Source: an uncultured Poribacteria bacterium (GTDB lineage Bacteria > Poribacteria > WGA-4E > WGA-3G). From it: a stretch of DNA of 64,000 nt. Below, piece after piece: positions 48,001 through 57,004 of this stretch (within the stretch, counting starts at the first letter, position 1; every line of letters starts with the position of its first letter). The notes under the pieces were generated by a model, which saw only the letters and a list, made by a program, of their open reading frames with translations, ran no database searches and was not told the origin of the DNA. The position numbers were made by a program, and so were the translations under genes. The stretch is taken from assembly GCA_958296135.2 (NCBI GenBank), contig CATQHZ020000001.1, forward strand, positions 4,128,001 to 4,192,000. The letters are read 5' to 3'.

Positions 48001-48528
48001 ACCACGAAGAAAAAGGGCGATTCTATGGCAGCCCTCGGATTTGAAGATCTGGAAGGCGCAGTAGAAGTCGTCGTTTTTCCGGATGCATATAAAGCCTCCT
48101 CCGCCTTGTTAGAAGAGGGGAACGTGGTGTGGATCCGCGGCACTGTCGGCCAAAACCGCCGAAACGGCGACGCGCAGGAAGAACGGCAAATCCTCGCCGA
48201 AGAAATCTCTGATATTAGGGCTGTCATTAAGCAGCAAACCTCCGCGGTTGAAGTGACTATCCTGGAGGAAGACATTGACAACGTCCAGAAACTGGAGAGG
48301 CTCCAGCAGATCGCACAACAGAGCGAGGGCGACAATGACCTGATTCTCCGCCTTATGAGCCCGAAGTTCGGCGAAGTCATCGCGCAGTGTAGTGCTGCGT
48401 ACGACATCGCCTACGAGCCCCCGGTTATTGAGAAAGTGAAAGATTTATTCGGCGCGAATTGCATCAAACCGAGCAACCGTACCATCCGCCAAAATAAGAA
48501 CCGTGCCTCACAGATGGATTACGTGTAG
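45016..48528 (+). CDS. dnaE: DNA polymerase III alpha subunit
   Basis: PHP domain FVHLHNHSEYS.LDG, TDHGN, TNDCHY; FERFLN.ER..PPDIDIDF; ALYRPGP; YAFNKSH; OB fold. Confidence 0.97.
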   Translation: MSLEFVHLHNHSEYSMLDGACRISDMVAWAVENSAPAVALTDHGNMFGAWELYTKATAAGVNPIVGCEVYVAPGHRTTRGKGQGGPYHLTLLAENATGYQNLLKLVSLAYIEGFYSKPRIDMEILREYHGGIIALTGCIQGQVPQLLSSNKRDEGVKNFLELQEIMGERNLYVEVQNHYIDKEIAAYPIMVELAKEYNLPLVGTNDCHYLRKTDHRMHDVLLCIQTKKTVNDAERLRFDNHFYFKSIDEMREVLKDFPPEAISNTLEIANRCNLKLDYGQSLMPTYEVPEGHTNDSYLKELCYEGLRKKYGGHLSEEICKRLDYELDIIKQTGYSGYFLIVWDYVNYANQQGYPLSARGSAASSLVLYALSVITFNPMDYDCLFERFLNLERISPPDIDIDFADRAREHVIEYLVKKYGQDSVGKVATFATLGVRSAIQDVGRALEMDMSEVKKLTRLIPEIPKITLDDVLEQVPEFQALAGKPENRELIELSSAVEGMKRHVSCHASAIVVSNGRLADHVPLFKDKHGQVATQFEGKTVEDVGIVKFDSLGVRSLTETYDCLNLIREKHEKDIKLEDIPFDDKPTYSLISKGLIAGLFQLETSPGMYRVVTQLKPDTFEEFTAIPALYRPGPLESGTMQQFIDRKNGLQPVTYMHPSLEDALKNTYGVCVYQEQVMQIARDMAGFTLGEADILRSAMGKKDEALLAAQRDKFVQGAMENGIAKKEAEEVFALLEPFAGYAFNKSHSVAYAMLAYRMAYLKTHYPREFMAAMMTGEAGSTPKMTRYRTECARLADFLGVEINLLPPDINSSQKDFTVNGNDILFGLLAIKSVGDAAIDEIVAAREKGGSFTSLQDFCERVNTKLVNKRAIESLIMSGAFDSLEGHRAQLLENVELAMKASQTARDERERGQMSIFGDIEEKPPITVTFTETEEWKPLERLMKEKEQLGFYVSGHPLEEYGDVIDNFTNATTENLVEHQIGSEIYLAGMITEVKLLTTKKKGDSMAALGFEDLEGAVEVVVFPDAYKASSALLEEGNVVWIRGTVGQNRRNGDAQEERQILAEEISDIRAVIKQQTSAVEVTILEEDIDNVQKLERLQQIAQQSEGDNDLILRLMSPKFGEVIAQCSAAYDIAYEPPVIEKVKDLFGANCIKPSNRTIRQNKNRASQMDYV

Positions 48529-48637
48529 GCGCACACCGTAACCCAGATAACGTCCCTTTAATCCGTAGGGCGAGGGTTCCCCTCGCCATGGTGTGCCCCC
48601 CGTGCGCGTTTTCTGTCTGAATCAGGAGAAATTATTT

Positions 48638-49459
48638 ATGCAATACCGCACCCTCGGCAAGACAGGCCTCAGTGTCTCAGAAATCGGATACGGCGGCGGC
48701 AGAGTCCGCCCCGAACACGATGAAACGCAACTCATCAAGATGCTCCATCACGCGCTTGACAGCGGCCTCAACTATCTCGACACCGCGCCCACCTACGGCG
48801 GCGGCTATAGCGAAACCGTCATCGGCAAGGCCATCGCCGACCGGCGAGATGCCTGCATCGTCGCCACCAAGACAGAAGCGTTCGATCCGGATGGCATCGC
48901 CGCCGATGTGGAAGGTAGCCTCCAACGCCTCAGCACCGACTACATTGATGTGCTGCAATTCCACGGCGGCTGGTTCTATGCGGAACATACCGAACAGATT
49001 CTGAACGGCGGCGGGTTAGCGGCGTATCTGAAACTGAAAGAGGAAGGAAAGGTTCGCTTTATTGGGTTCTCTGCGGATGGTCCCTCCGGCGGCGTGGAGC
49101 AACTCATTGCCACCGGCACCTTTGATATGATGCAGATTCATTACAACCTAATGTATCAAAGCACCTGCGATGCGTTCAGCAAACGCGGCGTTATCCCCGA
49201 TGCCGCCGCACAAGAGATGGGCATCGTGCTGATGCGTTCCACGACAAGTAACGCCTTCCAAAATCTCATGCGCCACTGCTTCCCCACCGAGATGGCAGAC
49301 GTTGACGTGGATAGTTTTCTGCTCAACTTTTCCCTATCGAACCCGTTGGTAGATGTCGCCCTGATGAGTCTGCAAAGCAGGGCCGATGTCGATTGGACGA
49401 ACGCTGTCTCCGACGATGTCGCCTCGCGGCTCAATCTGCAGGCAATCCACGGTAGGTAG
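48638..49459 (+). CDS. Aldo/keto reductase family protein
   Basis: MQYRTLGKTGL.VSEIG.G, DTAPTYG, IVATK, SLQRL.TDYIDV; AGGAG RBS. Confidence 0.9.
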   Translation: MQYRTLGKTGLSVSEIGYGGGRVRPEHDETQLIKMLHHALDSGLNYLDTAPTYGGGYSETVIGKAIADRRDACIVATKTEAFDPDGIAADVEGSLQRLSTDYIDVLQFHGGWFYAEHTEQILNGGGLAAYLKLKEEGKVRFIGFSADGPSGGVEQLIATGTFDMMQIHYNLMYQSTCDAFSKRGVIPDAAAQEMGIVLMRSTTSNAFQNLMRHCFPTEMADVDVDSFLLNFSLSNPLVDVALMSLQSRADVDWTNAVSDDVASRLNLQAIHGR

Positions 49460-49549
49460 GCGCGGAATATGAGCATAGCCAACGGTGCAGCGGCCTCCGT
49501 AAGGCGGGGGCCTGTGCCCCGCCATCGTTCAACAACAAAACCCGCCAAA

Positions 49550-49921
49550 CTACGCCTCTGATGCCGCCTTCTTGCTCAACACCTCCACGAGATGATAAGC
49601 ATAGCGTCCGACATCCTGAATCTCGGTCCCCCGGTCTTCCAGCCGAACTTTGAGCGTCCAGATATACCCCGGCTCATAGTTGAAACCTTGGATGCTTTCG
49701 TAGAAAAATTCCCACGCCTGCGTCTCCTCGTTGAATACAAGGAAGCAGGTCTGCTCAATGAAACCCTGGCAGGTTTCGGTATAGGGACCGATGATGAGAA
49801 TCTCCATGTTTACCTCGCCGGGCGCGATGAGGGAGTCAATTGTGTCTGTCCTATCGCATCCAAGGCTAAGCGATAAAAGTAGCAATGCGATGGTTAGCAT
49901 GGATTTGGTTAGAAATTGCAT
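49550..49921 (-). CDS. DUF4377 domain lipoprotein
   Basis: Lipobox LSLGC; C.G.....C..V, WEFFY.SIQGFNYEPGY...LKV; AGGAG RBS before ATG 49921. Confidence 0.78.
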   Translation of the reverse strand: MQFLTKSMLTIALLLLSLSLGCDRTDTIDSLIAPGEVNMEILIIGPYTETCQGFIEQTCFLVFNEETQAWEFFYESIQGFNYEPGYIWTLKVRLEDRGTEIQDVGRYAYHLVEVLSKKAASEA

Positions 49922-49970
49922 GTTTTCTCCTTGTTCAGACAGCCGTAGGGAGGGGGCCTGTCCCCCCATC

Positions 49971-52900
49971 CTACGTGTCATGGAACGTTTCAGGTAACCC
50001 CGCGACAATCTCCTGCGTCTTCAGACTCACCGTGATGACAGAACCGATGAGCGCCACGATATACCGTGGCTTCTCCGTGTTGTTCGCATCGTTGACAAGC
50101 TGACTCCTATCATACGTCTTCACCTGATACCCATTGATGAGCCAGTCCAACGCCGAACGTTTCCCCAACCGATACGCAAACGCTTCCGCCGGAATCCCAG
50201 CCAACGTGAGAAACTCGTTGTATGCCAGCCGCGTCCGGTCTTTGGACAACCGCATCTTTTCCACGCGCAAATTGAGCGGCGCATCCGGTTTCGTGATGAA
50301 CTTGAGCGGATATTGCGGCTGCGCCTCGTAGTTCACGTGAATCTCCGCCAACCGCGCCCCGGCGTTCGCAAATGCCCAGAAGTCCCCGGCGTAGGGGATA
50401 TGCGGCAGATCGCGCTTCAGGTCCGCGGCGTAGCGTTCACGATACGCCGGATGGTGCAGGATGCCATACGTATAGTTGAAGATGTCCCACTTGGCGATGG
50501 AATCGTCGCCGTAATGCGCGCGAAATGCCGCGAGTGCCCAGTCAGTGACGTTTTCACGGCGGTTGGTGCCGTCTTCATCGTAAACATAGAAAGGGAAGCA
50601 CTGCGAAGCACCTTGCGGGAGTATGTCGGCAATTTTGTTTACCATGAGCGCGAACATCGGCCAGGCCCTTCCGGTCTTGAGCCAGATGACCCGGTTTTCT
50701 GTCTCTGTCGCCGGCGTCGGAAAAGTGATCGGAAACACGGACACGATATGATTGAGCGTTTTGTCAAAAAACAGATTCGTTTTCGTGAAGGGCCGGTAAA
50801 TTGCCTGCCGGATTTTCTCTTCCGCAAATTCTGCGGTTTGGCCGCTCATCAGTTTCCTTTTCAAACCTGAGCTCCACTTGACTTTTGTTCCATCATCCAC
50901 GACGAAATCATCGACAGACATATCCCGATTTGTTCGCCGCTCCCAACCGAATACCTGATAGTTGTAGGTTTCAATGGTAGACTTGACGTTTTGGATGAGG
51001 GTGTCTTGGTTAAAATTATAAAGCCAAGCATCCCGGGCCGTTTGCAACCCGAGCCCGAATTGACGAAAAATCGCCGGAACAGATGCATCGGTTGCTGTCC
51101 TCGCTTTTTTGAGCCCAATAGGGACAAAAGTGCCAAATTCCGAGTGAAGTCCGCTAGTAATCCATGTATGCCGCGCATCAGGTTGAATCTGTTGCCACGT
51201 CACATTGCCTACATGCTGGCATTCCGCTAGAAATTCAAAGGTGCGGGATTTATTCTGGCATCGCGTCTCACCATTGTAAAGGATGCGAGGCGGCTTGGAG
51301 GATGCCTGTTTTGTTTTCACAAAAAGGTTAATGCACACACCGCACTGAATGCCAAAGACATTCGCATCTCCCGGTTGCCCTTCCCGGACATTCCCACCAA
51401 GGTCTAGCACATGAAGCATGTCAAAATCTGACGCGAGATGTTTCCGCATGCCATCAAATGAGATGCCTTCGAGAAAACTGTGGTTCGTCACGAGCGCGAC
51501 AATGCCCGCCTCGCCAATCCGATCCGAGGCCCACCGAAGTGCTTTCACGTAGGGGTCGTAGAGCGAATTTTTGTTTGCCGCTTTCGAGTCATTCGCATAA
51601 GTAGCCCGGACTCGCGCATCTATCGTGGGATACTTGCGGTTCTTGTTGTTATCGTTCTCGTTTTTCTGCCCTGTGTTGTAGGGCGGATTGCCAATCACAA
51701 CGAACATCGGCGATGCCTTCTGCTTTGCCACGCGCGCTGTGTTCTCCGCTGTCAAGAGCGAGAGCTGCCGGGCTTCCGCCAAATCGAACGTATCCACAAG
51801 GGAGATGCCTTCAAACGGGAGATACTTTTCGGTGGCGGCGTAAAACTCGTGTTCAATGTTGATGCTCGCTATGTAATACGGCAGCAATAACACCTCATTG
51901 CACCACAACTCCGAACGGTATTTCGCCTCTAACTGGAACCGGTCTATCTCGCGCATCAGGCGGACGATGAAGTTGCCTGTGCCGACAAACGGGTCGATGA
52001 TGTGAACGCCCGCCTCGGAGAGGGAGCGGTTGAATTCGGTTTTCAGCAGATAGTCAACGCTCTTCACCATGAAATCGACGATAGGCTGCGGCGTATAGAC
52101 GATGCCGTGCGTATCGGCGACTGCTGCAGAATCGCCCTGAAAAAACTGCTCGTAGACGGTATTCAGGAAATGCTGTTTTTGCGAGAAATCGACGAGGGTG
52201 ACCGCTTCGCGTTCAATCGCCCGGTAGAAAGGGTTCAGATTTTTGAGGAATTCGTCCCTGCTGAACGCATCCTCGGTAAGTGCCCTGATAACCTGCTCAA
52301 TTTCGCGTGCAATAATATTGCGCTGCGTAAAATCCGGATTCCCAAAAACAGTCCGAAACGTTCGTTCCGTTAAAAGGTGCTGGATAAGCATCTCCTTCAC
52401 CGCCGCTTCGGAGAGGTTCGGGTTAATCGCTGTCTGGCAAAGCCGATGGAAATTGGCGAAGGCTGTTTGGAACCGGGCACTCGTGCGATGTTGGGCTTGG
52501 ATGAGTTCCGCCGCCTCGCGCTTCAGTGCCGGGACAATGTCCCGAAATTCGGTGACAGCGGCTTCCCACTCGGCGGCATGTTCGCGTTCGTAGGCGAAGA
52601 AGCGTTTGAGGACAGCGACGAGGTTCTCCCGACCCGTGATGTCCTCGTCAAGCACGAGGGCTCCGTGCTGATACAACATCGCGCGTTCTGGGGTTTGAAA
52701 GAGGATGTTATCTTGCGGGTAGCCGGCATCAAACTTGCGCAGGGCTTCGGTAGCCAGATTGCCTTGAATGCCTTTCGCCTCCCAGGTACCACAGGGGAGG
52801 TTGTATCCGTCAAGCAGGACACCGTCGAGACGGATGAGGTTGCTGTGTTTCCCCGCAGCGCGGGTGCCTGTCCCCGGGGCTTTTTCCACCGGAGCGCGCG

Positions 52901-53117
52901 GGCCTGTCCCCCGCGAACCCTCCGGAAGTCGCAGCGTGTATTCACAGACGAGCGTCCAATTTTTCTGGCGCGCGCAGACTTCAAGGAGTGCTTGAAAGGC
53001 GGCGCGCACGGCAGTTTCGTGGGTGACTCCGTGCTGGTGATACCGCTCAAGCGCATCGTAATAGACGGTTATCGCTTTGTGGTTCGGTTTTATGTTGAGT
53101 GTTTTTGTTGTTCGCAT
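49971..53117 (-). CDS. Single-chain R-M protein: N-terminal nuclease-like motif, N6-adenine methyltransferase and type ISP (LlaBIII-like) C-terminal domain, without helicase
   Basis: IRLDG...WEAK, GIVYTPQPIVDFMV, DPFVGTGNF, IGNPPY, YRPF, Y.YGILH.P.YRERY..DLK...P.IP, Y.LGKRSALDW. Start placed at ATG 53117. Confidence 0.87.
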   Translation of the reverse strand: MRTTKTLNIKPNHKAITVYYDALERYHQHGVTHETAVRAAFQALLEVCARQKNWTLVCEYTLRLPEGSRGTGPRAPVEKAPGTGTRAAGKHSNLIRLDGVLLDGYNLPCGTWEAKGIQGNLATEALRKFDAGYPQDNILFQTPERAMLYQHGALVLDEDITGRENLVAVLKRFFAYEREHAAEWEAAVTEFRDIVPALKREAAELIQAQHRTSARFQTAFANFHRLCQTAINPNLSEAAVKEMLIQHLLTERTFRTVFGNPDFTQRNIIAREIEQVIRALTEDAFSRDEFLKNLNPFYRAIEREAVTLVDFSQKQHFLNTVYEQFFQGDSAAVADTHGIVYTPQPIVDFMVKSVDYLLKTEFNRSLSEAGVHIIDPFVGTGNFIVRLMREIDRFQLEAKYRSELWCNEVLLLPYYIASINIEHEFYAATEKYLPFEGISLVDTFDLAEARQLSLLTAENTARVAKQKASPMFVVIGNPPYNTGQKNENDNNKNRKYPTIDARVRATYANDSKAANKNSLYDPYVKALRWASDRIGEAGIVALVTNHSFLEGISFDGMRKHLASDFDMLHVLDLGGNVREGQPGDANVFGIQCGVCINLFVKTKQASSKPPRILYNGETRCQNKSRTFEFLAECQHVGNVTWQQIQPDARHTWITSGLHSEFGTFVPIGLKKARTATDASVPAIFRQFGLGLQTARDAWLYNFNQDTLIQNVKSTIETYNYQVFGWERRTNRDMSVDDFVVDDGTKVKWSSGLKRKLMSGQTAEFAEEKIRQAIYRPFTKTNLFFDKTLNHIVSVFPITFPTPATETENRVIWLKTGRAWPMFALMVNKIADILPQGASQCFPFYVYDEDGTNRRENVTDWALAAFRAHYGDDSIAKWDIFNYTYGILHHPAYRERYAADLKRDLPHIPYAGDFWAFANAGARLAEIHVNYEAQPQYPLKFITKPDAPLNLRVEKMRLSKDRTRLAYNEFLTLAGIPAEAFAYRLGKRSALDWLINGYQVKTYDRSQLVNDANNTEKPRYIVALIGSVITVSLKTQEIVAGLPETFHDT

Positions 53118-53167
53118 GGCGTTCAATAACGGTTGTTGGTGCAATGACGTTCTAAAAAAGATTTCGC

Positions 53168-53196
53168 TTGCATTTATCGCGAAAAATCGGTATACT
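53168..53196 (+). promoter_or_regulatory. Sigma70 promoter for radC
   Basis: TTGCAT, 17-nt spacer, TATACT. Confidence 0.55.
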
Positions 53197-53246
53197 CTCC
53201 TTAACATTCTTTTAATTAACATTTTCTATTAATTGAGAGGAAGGCA

Positions 53247-53993
53247 ATGTATAACGTAACTGGTCCACGAATGAAGGACCTCCCGGCAGATGAACGGCCA
53301 CGCGAGCGGCTCCTGAAATACGGCCCCGAAACCCTCAAAGACTCCGAACTCCTCGCGATTCTGCTCAAAAGCGGTTTCAAAGGCACTACCGCCCTCCAAC
53401 TCGGCGAACAGATACTCATAGAATATCAGGGAGATCTGAAGCAGATGGCCGATACCCGCGCGCAACGATTTGAGAAGATTAAAGGCATCGGCAAAGCGAA
53501 AGCCGCGGAAATCGTCGCCGCCCTCGAGCTCGGAAAACGGTTGGCACGCTTCCACGGCGAACGCGACAAGATTACCTCCCCTAGCGATGTTGCAGACCTG
53601 CTGATGTCCAAAATGCGCTACCTCCAAAAAGAAATCGTCTGCGTCCTCTGCCTGGACACCAAAGGCGGCGTGACGACGAAAGGCATTGCCGGAGACCTCG
53701 GCGATGCTTTGACATGGGGGAAGCGGCTTTCAGAAACAACGATTTTTGAAGGCACGCTCAACGCCAGCGTTTTCCATCCCCGCGAAATCTTCCGCTTCGC
53801 AATTGAGGAATCTGCCAACTCCGTTGTCCTTGTGCATAACCATCCATCCGGCGACCCGCAGCCAAGCCAAGAGGACATTCGGGCGACGAAACAACTCATG
53901 GAGGCAGGCAATCACATCGGCATTAAGGTGCTAGATCACATCATCATCGGTGATGGCATCTTCGTGAGTCTGAAGGAGGAGGGCTTTATTTAG
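53247..53993 (+). CDS. radC: RadC family protein (HhH plus JAB/MPN domain)
   Basis: ERPRERL, ELLAILL, KGIGKAKA, HPREIF, VHNHPSGDP.PS..D, VLDHIIIG. Confidence 0.93.
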   Translation: MYNVTGPRMKDLPADERPRERLLKYGPETLKDSELLAILLKSGFKGTTALQLGEQILIEYQGDLKQMADTRAQRFEKIKGIGKAKAAEIVAALELGKRLARFHGERDKITSPSDVADLLMSKMRYLQKEIVCVLCLDTKGGVTTKGIAGDLGDALTWGKRLSETTIFEGTLNASVFHPREIFRFAIEESANSVVLVHNHPSGDPQPSQEDIRATKQLMEAGNHIGIKVLDHIIIGDGIFVSLKEEGFI

Positions 53994-54041
53994 GCGGCAT
54001 CTCCTAAAGCTTGTAGGCGCGCTTTGCAAGCGCGCACGCGC

Positions 54042-54782
54042 CTAGATTAGCTCGCGTTGCCTCAGCACCTCATAGAGCAGCACGCCTGCCGCTACCGAAA
54101 CGTTGAGCGACGCAATCTCTCCTAACATCGGGAGCCGGACGAGGTAGTCGCAGTGCTGCTTGACGAGCCTGCGGATACCATTGGATTCACTCCCCAAAAC
54201 GAGGCACAACGGCACAGTCAAATCGGCATCGGTATAGGTAAGCTCGGCATCCTCAGCGGCGCCGACAACCCACACGCCCGCGGCCTTGAGCGTCTCAAGC
54301 GTACGGGCAACGTTCGTCACTTTGGCTATCGGCACATAGTCAGACGCACCAGCTGACGCTTTGTGGACAGCCGCGGTGACATCTACGGCGCGGTTCTTCG
54401 GAATAAACACGGCATCCACATCCGTCGCGTCAGCAGTACGGAGAATCGCGCCGAGGTTCCTCGGGTCTTGAACACTGTCTAACATGACGAACAACGCCGG
54501 TTTGTCCTGACGCTGAACCTTCTCCAGAATCGCCTGCAGCTCCCGATAGCGCGTTCGGCTGACCTTGGCTATAACGCCTTGGTGTGGAATATCGGGCTCC
54601 AGCGCGTCTAGGTGGTTTCGGGCGCAACGTTGATAGCGAACGCCGTTTCGTTCCGCTAACTTGATAATTTGGCGGATGCGCGGGTGGCTGCTCCCCTCGG
54701 CGAGCCAGATGTGCTCTATCTCGCGCACGCCGCTCCGCAAGAGTTCTATAACTGGGTTCCTGCCAACTATCTGCTCTGCCAT
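54042..54782 (-). CDS. rlmB: 23S rRNA Gm2251 methyltransferase RlmB (TrmH/SpoU family)
   Basis: GRNPV.E, HQGVIA, DPRNLGAILRTA, KASAGA, VLGSE, SLNVSVAAG. Confidence 0.92.
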   Translation of the reverse strand: MAEQIVGRNPVIELLRSGVREIEHIWLAEGSSHPRIRQIIKLAERNGVRYQRCARNHLDALEPDIPHQGVIAKVSRTRYRELQAILEKVQRQDKPALFVMLDSVQDPRNLGAILRTADATDVDAVFIPKNRAVDVTAAVHKASAGASDYVPIAKVTNVARTLETLKAAGVWVVGAAEDAELTYTDADLTVPLCLVLGSESNGIRRLVKQHCDYLVRLPMLGEIASLNVSVAAGVLLYEVLRQRELI

Positions 54783-54803
54783 ATCGGTATCTGCCCGAAT
54801 CAA

Positions 54804-55043
54804 CTAATTGCCACGGACGAACTTAATATCCGGACCGCGGGGCGTAATTTTGATACCCGGGTCATCGGTTTGGCACAGCACGCAGGTGATGTCGCCGACG
54901 TTGGCATTCTCCATGCGCGGTGCCAATTCACCCCGTTTAAAGACAAATCCTAAAATCTCGTCCGCAGGTATTGTGCTGTCACAATTACCGCACGGAATGG
55001 CTTCCCCCGCTTTGACTGTGGCTAAAAGTTCTGCTGCTTTCAT
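54804..55043 (-). CDS. Small hypothetical protein with two CxxC motifs (putative zinc ribbon)
   Basis: CGNC ... CVLC; AAGGAAG RBS; co-oriented between iolD and rlmB. Confidence 0.7.
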   Translation of the reverse strand: MKAAELLATVKAGEAIPCGNCDSTIPADEILGFVFKRGELAPRMENANVGDITCVLCQTDDPGIKITPRGPDIKFVRGN

Positions 55044-55118
55044 CGTCTTCCTTTCATTCAGTGAACCCGGTAGGCACGGTTTTCAAACCGCACCTACGGG
55101 GTTGGTTCTGCGGCCGTC

Positions 55119-56984
55119 CTACAAAAAATACCGCTCTTTCTGTTTGTCAACTTCGTATTCTTCATACGCCGCCTTCGCGGCGTCAACTTCCGAGACTTGC
55201 GCGATGGGCACATCCCACCACGATTCATACCGCGGCACCTGCTCGTAGTAGTCCACGTCAATCTTCACCACAGTGGTACGCGATGCTTCGCGCGCGTCGT
55301 GCAGTGCAGATTTTAACTCCAACAACGTCTTCGCTTCAATCACGTTCGCGCCAAGGCTGGCGGCGTTCGCGGCGAGCTCTACCGGCAAAAATGCGCCTTG
55401 CAACTGTCCGCTCTCCGCTTCGCGATAGCGGAAACGGGTGGCAAATCCCTGCACCCCGGTCGCACGTGACAACCCGCCGATGCTACTATGTCCATCGTTG
55501 TTTACCAACACGACAATCAGTTTATAGCCTTCCTGAATGGAAGTGATGATTTCCTGCGCGAGCATCAGATACGAACCGTCGCCTACCATGACATAGACAT
55601 CGCGCCCCGGGGCCGCCATTTTGATGCCGAGCCCGCCGGCGATTTCGTAGCCCATGCACGAGTAGCCGTATTCCAAATGGAACTGCTTCGGGTTGCGAGC
55701 GCGCCACAATTTATGCAAATCGCCCGGCAGACTGCCCGCTGCGCACACCATCACATCTTCAGGACGGGACACCTCGTTCACGACACCGATGACTTCACTC
55801 TGACTCGGCAACGGGCCGTGTCCAAGGTGATAGAGCCGCTCCACCTCTTCTTCCCATTCGTCCCGATAGTTCTCAATGCGCGCCGCGTAGTCAGCAGACA
55901 CCCGATAGTTGCCCACAGCGGTAGCGAGTTCTCCTAGCGTGACACGCGCGTCGGCGACGAGCGGCAAGGCGGCATGCTTGAACGCATCAAACGCCGCAAC
56001 GTTAATACCGATGAAACGGACATTCGGGTTTTGGAACGCGGTCTTCGAGGCCGTGGTAAAATCGCTCAGACGTGTGCCGATGGCAATAACCAGGTCTGCC
56101 CCCCGTGCGGTGATGTTCGCGCCCGGTGTCCCCGTAGCACCGATTGCCCCGAGGTTCTGTGGATGATTATAAGGCAGGGAACCTTTGCCCGCAAAGGTCT
56201 CGCCGACAGGAATGCCGGTCTGCTCCGCAAATCGGGCAAGCTGATCGGTGGCCTCACTGTAAATCACACCGCCGCCAGCGATGATTAAGGGACGCTCACT
56301 CTCGCGAATCCATGCAGTCGCGCGTTTGAGCGCGCCTACATCAGCACGCGCCCGCGGAATCTGGTAAACCCGCTTTTCAAAAAGTTCGACCGGATAGTCA
56401 TAGGCCTCCGCTTGGACATCTTGCGGGAGGGCCAGCGTGACCGCGCCGGTTTCTGCCGGTGAGATGAGCACGCGCATCGCCTCCGGCAGCGCAGTAATAA
56501 TTTGCTCCGGCCGATTGATTCTGTCCCAGTAGCGCGAAATAGGTTTGAAGCAATCGTTCACCGAGAAGTCCTGCGAACTCGGCGACTCAAGCTGTTGCAA
56601 AACCGGTGCGACAAGGCGGGTTGAAAAAATATCGCCCGGTAGCAGGAGAACCGGCAAACGGTTAATCGTCGCGCCAGCGGCACCGGTAATCATGTTCGTC
56701 GCGCCCGGCCCGATAGACGTAGTGCAGGCAAGCGCGCGCAGCCGGTTGTTCATCTTAGCAAACGCCGCGGCGGTATGCACCATCGATTGCTCATTCCGAG
56801 TCTGGTAAAAACGGAACGAGTCGGCGGATTGATGCAACGCCTGTCCAATACCGGCGACGTTGCCGTGCCCGAAGATGCCGAACATGCCGGCAAAGAATTG
56901 CGTTTCATTGCCATCGCGTTCAACGAACTGCTGTTGAAGAAACTGGACAATGGCTTGTCCCATCGTGAGTTTTCGTGTTTTCAT
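55119..56984 (-). CDS. iolD: 3D-(3,5/4)-trihydroxycyclohexane-1,2-dione acylhydrolase
   Basis: FGIFGHGNVAG, RNEQ.M, SIGPGATNM, HLEYGYSCMGYE, ThDP motif GDGSY, SWWDVP. Confidence 0.95.
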   Translation of the reverse strand: MKTRKLTMGQAIVQFLQQQFVERDGNETQFFAGMFGIFGHGNVAGIGQALHQSADSFRFYQTRNEQSMVHTAAAFAKMNNRLRALACTTSIGPGATNMITGAAGATINRLPVLLLPGDIFSTRLVAPVLQQLESPSSQDFSVNDCFKPISRYWDRINRPEQIITALPEAMRVLISPAETGAVTLALPQDVQAEAYDYPVELFEKRVYQIPRARADVGALKRATAWIRESERPLIIAGGGVIYSEATDQLARFAEQTGIPVGETFAGKGSLPYNHPQNLGAIGATGTPGANITARGADLVIAIGTRLSDFTTASKTAFQNPNVRFIGINVAAFDAFKHAALPLVADARVTLGELATAVGNYRVSADYAARIENYRDEWEEEVERLYHLGHGPLPSQSEVIGVVNEVSRPEDVMVCAAGSLPGDLHKLWRARNPKQFHLEYGYSCMGYEIAGGLGIKMAAPGRDVYVMVGDGSYLMLAQEIITSIQEGYKLIVVLVNNDGHSSIGGLSRATGVQGFATRFRYREAESGQLQGAFLPVELAANAASLGANVIEAKTLLELKSALHDAREASRTTVVKIDVDYYEQVPRYESWWDVPIAQVSEVDAAKAAYEEYEVDKQKERYFL

Positions 56985-57004
56985 GATACATATCTCCTGG
57001 GTAA

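Noticed and set aside
45016-48528. Intein or split in dnaE
   Set aside because: Length (1170 aa) and motif spacing are normal, and no intein-like block is visible.
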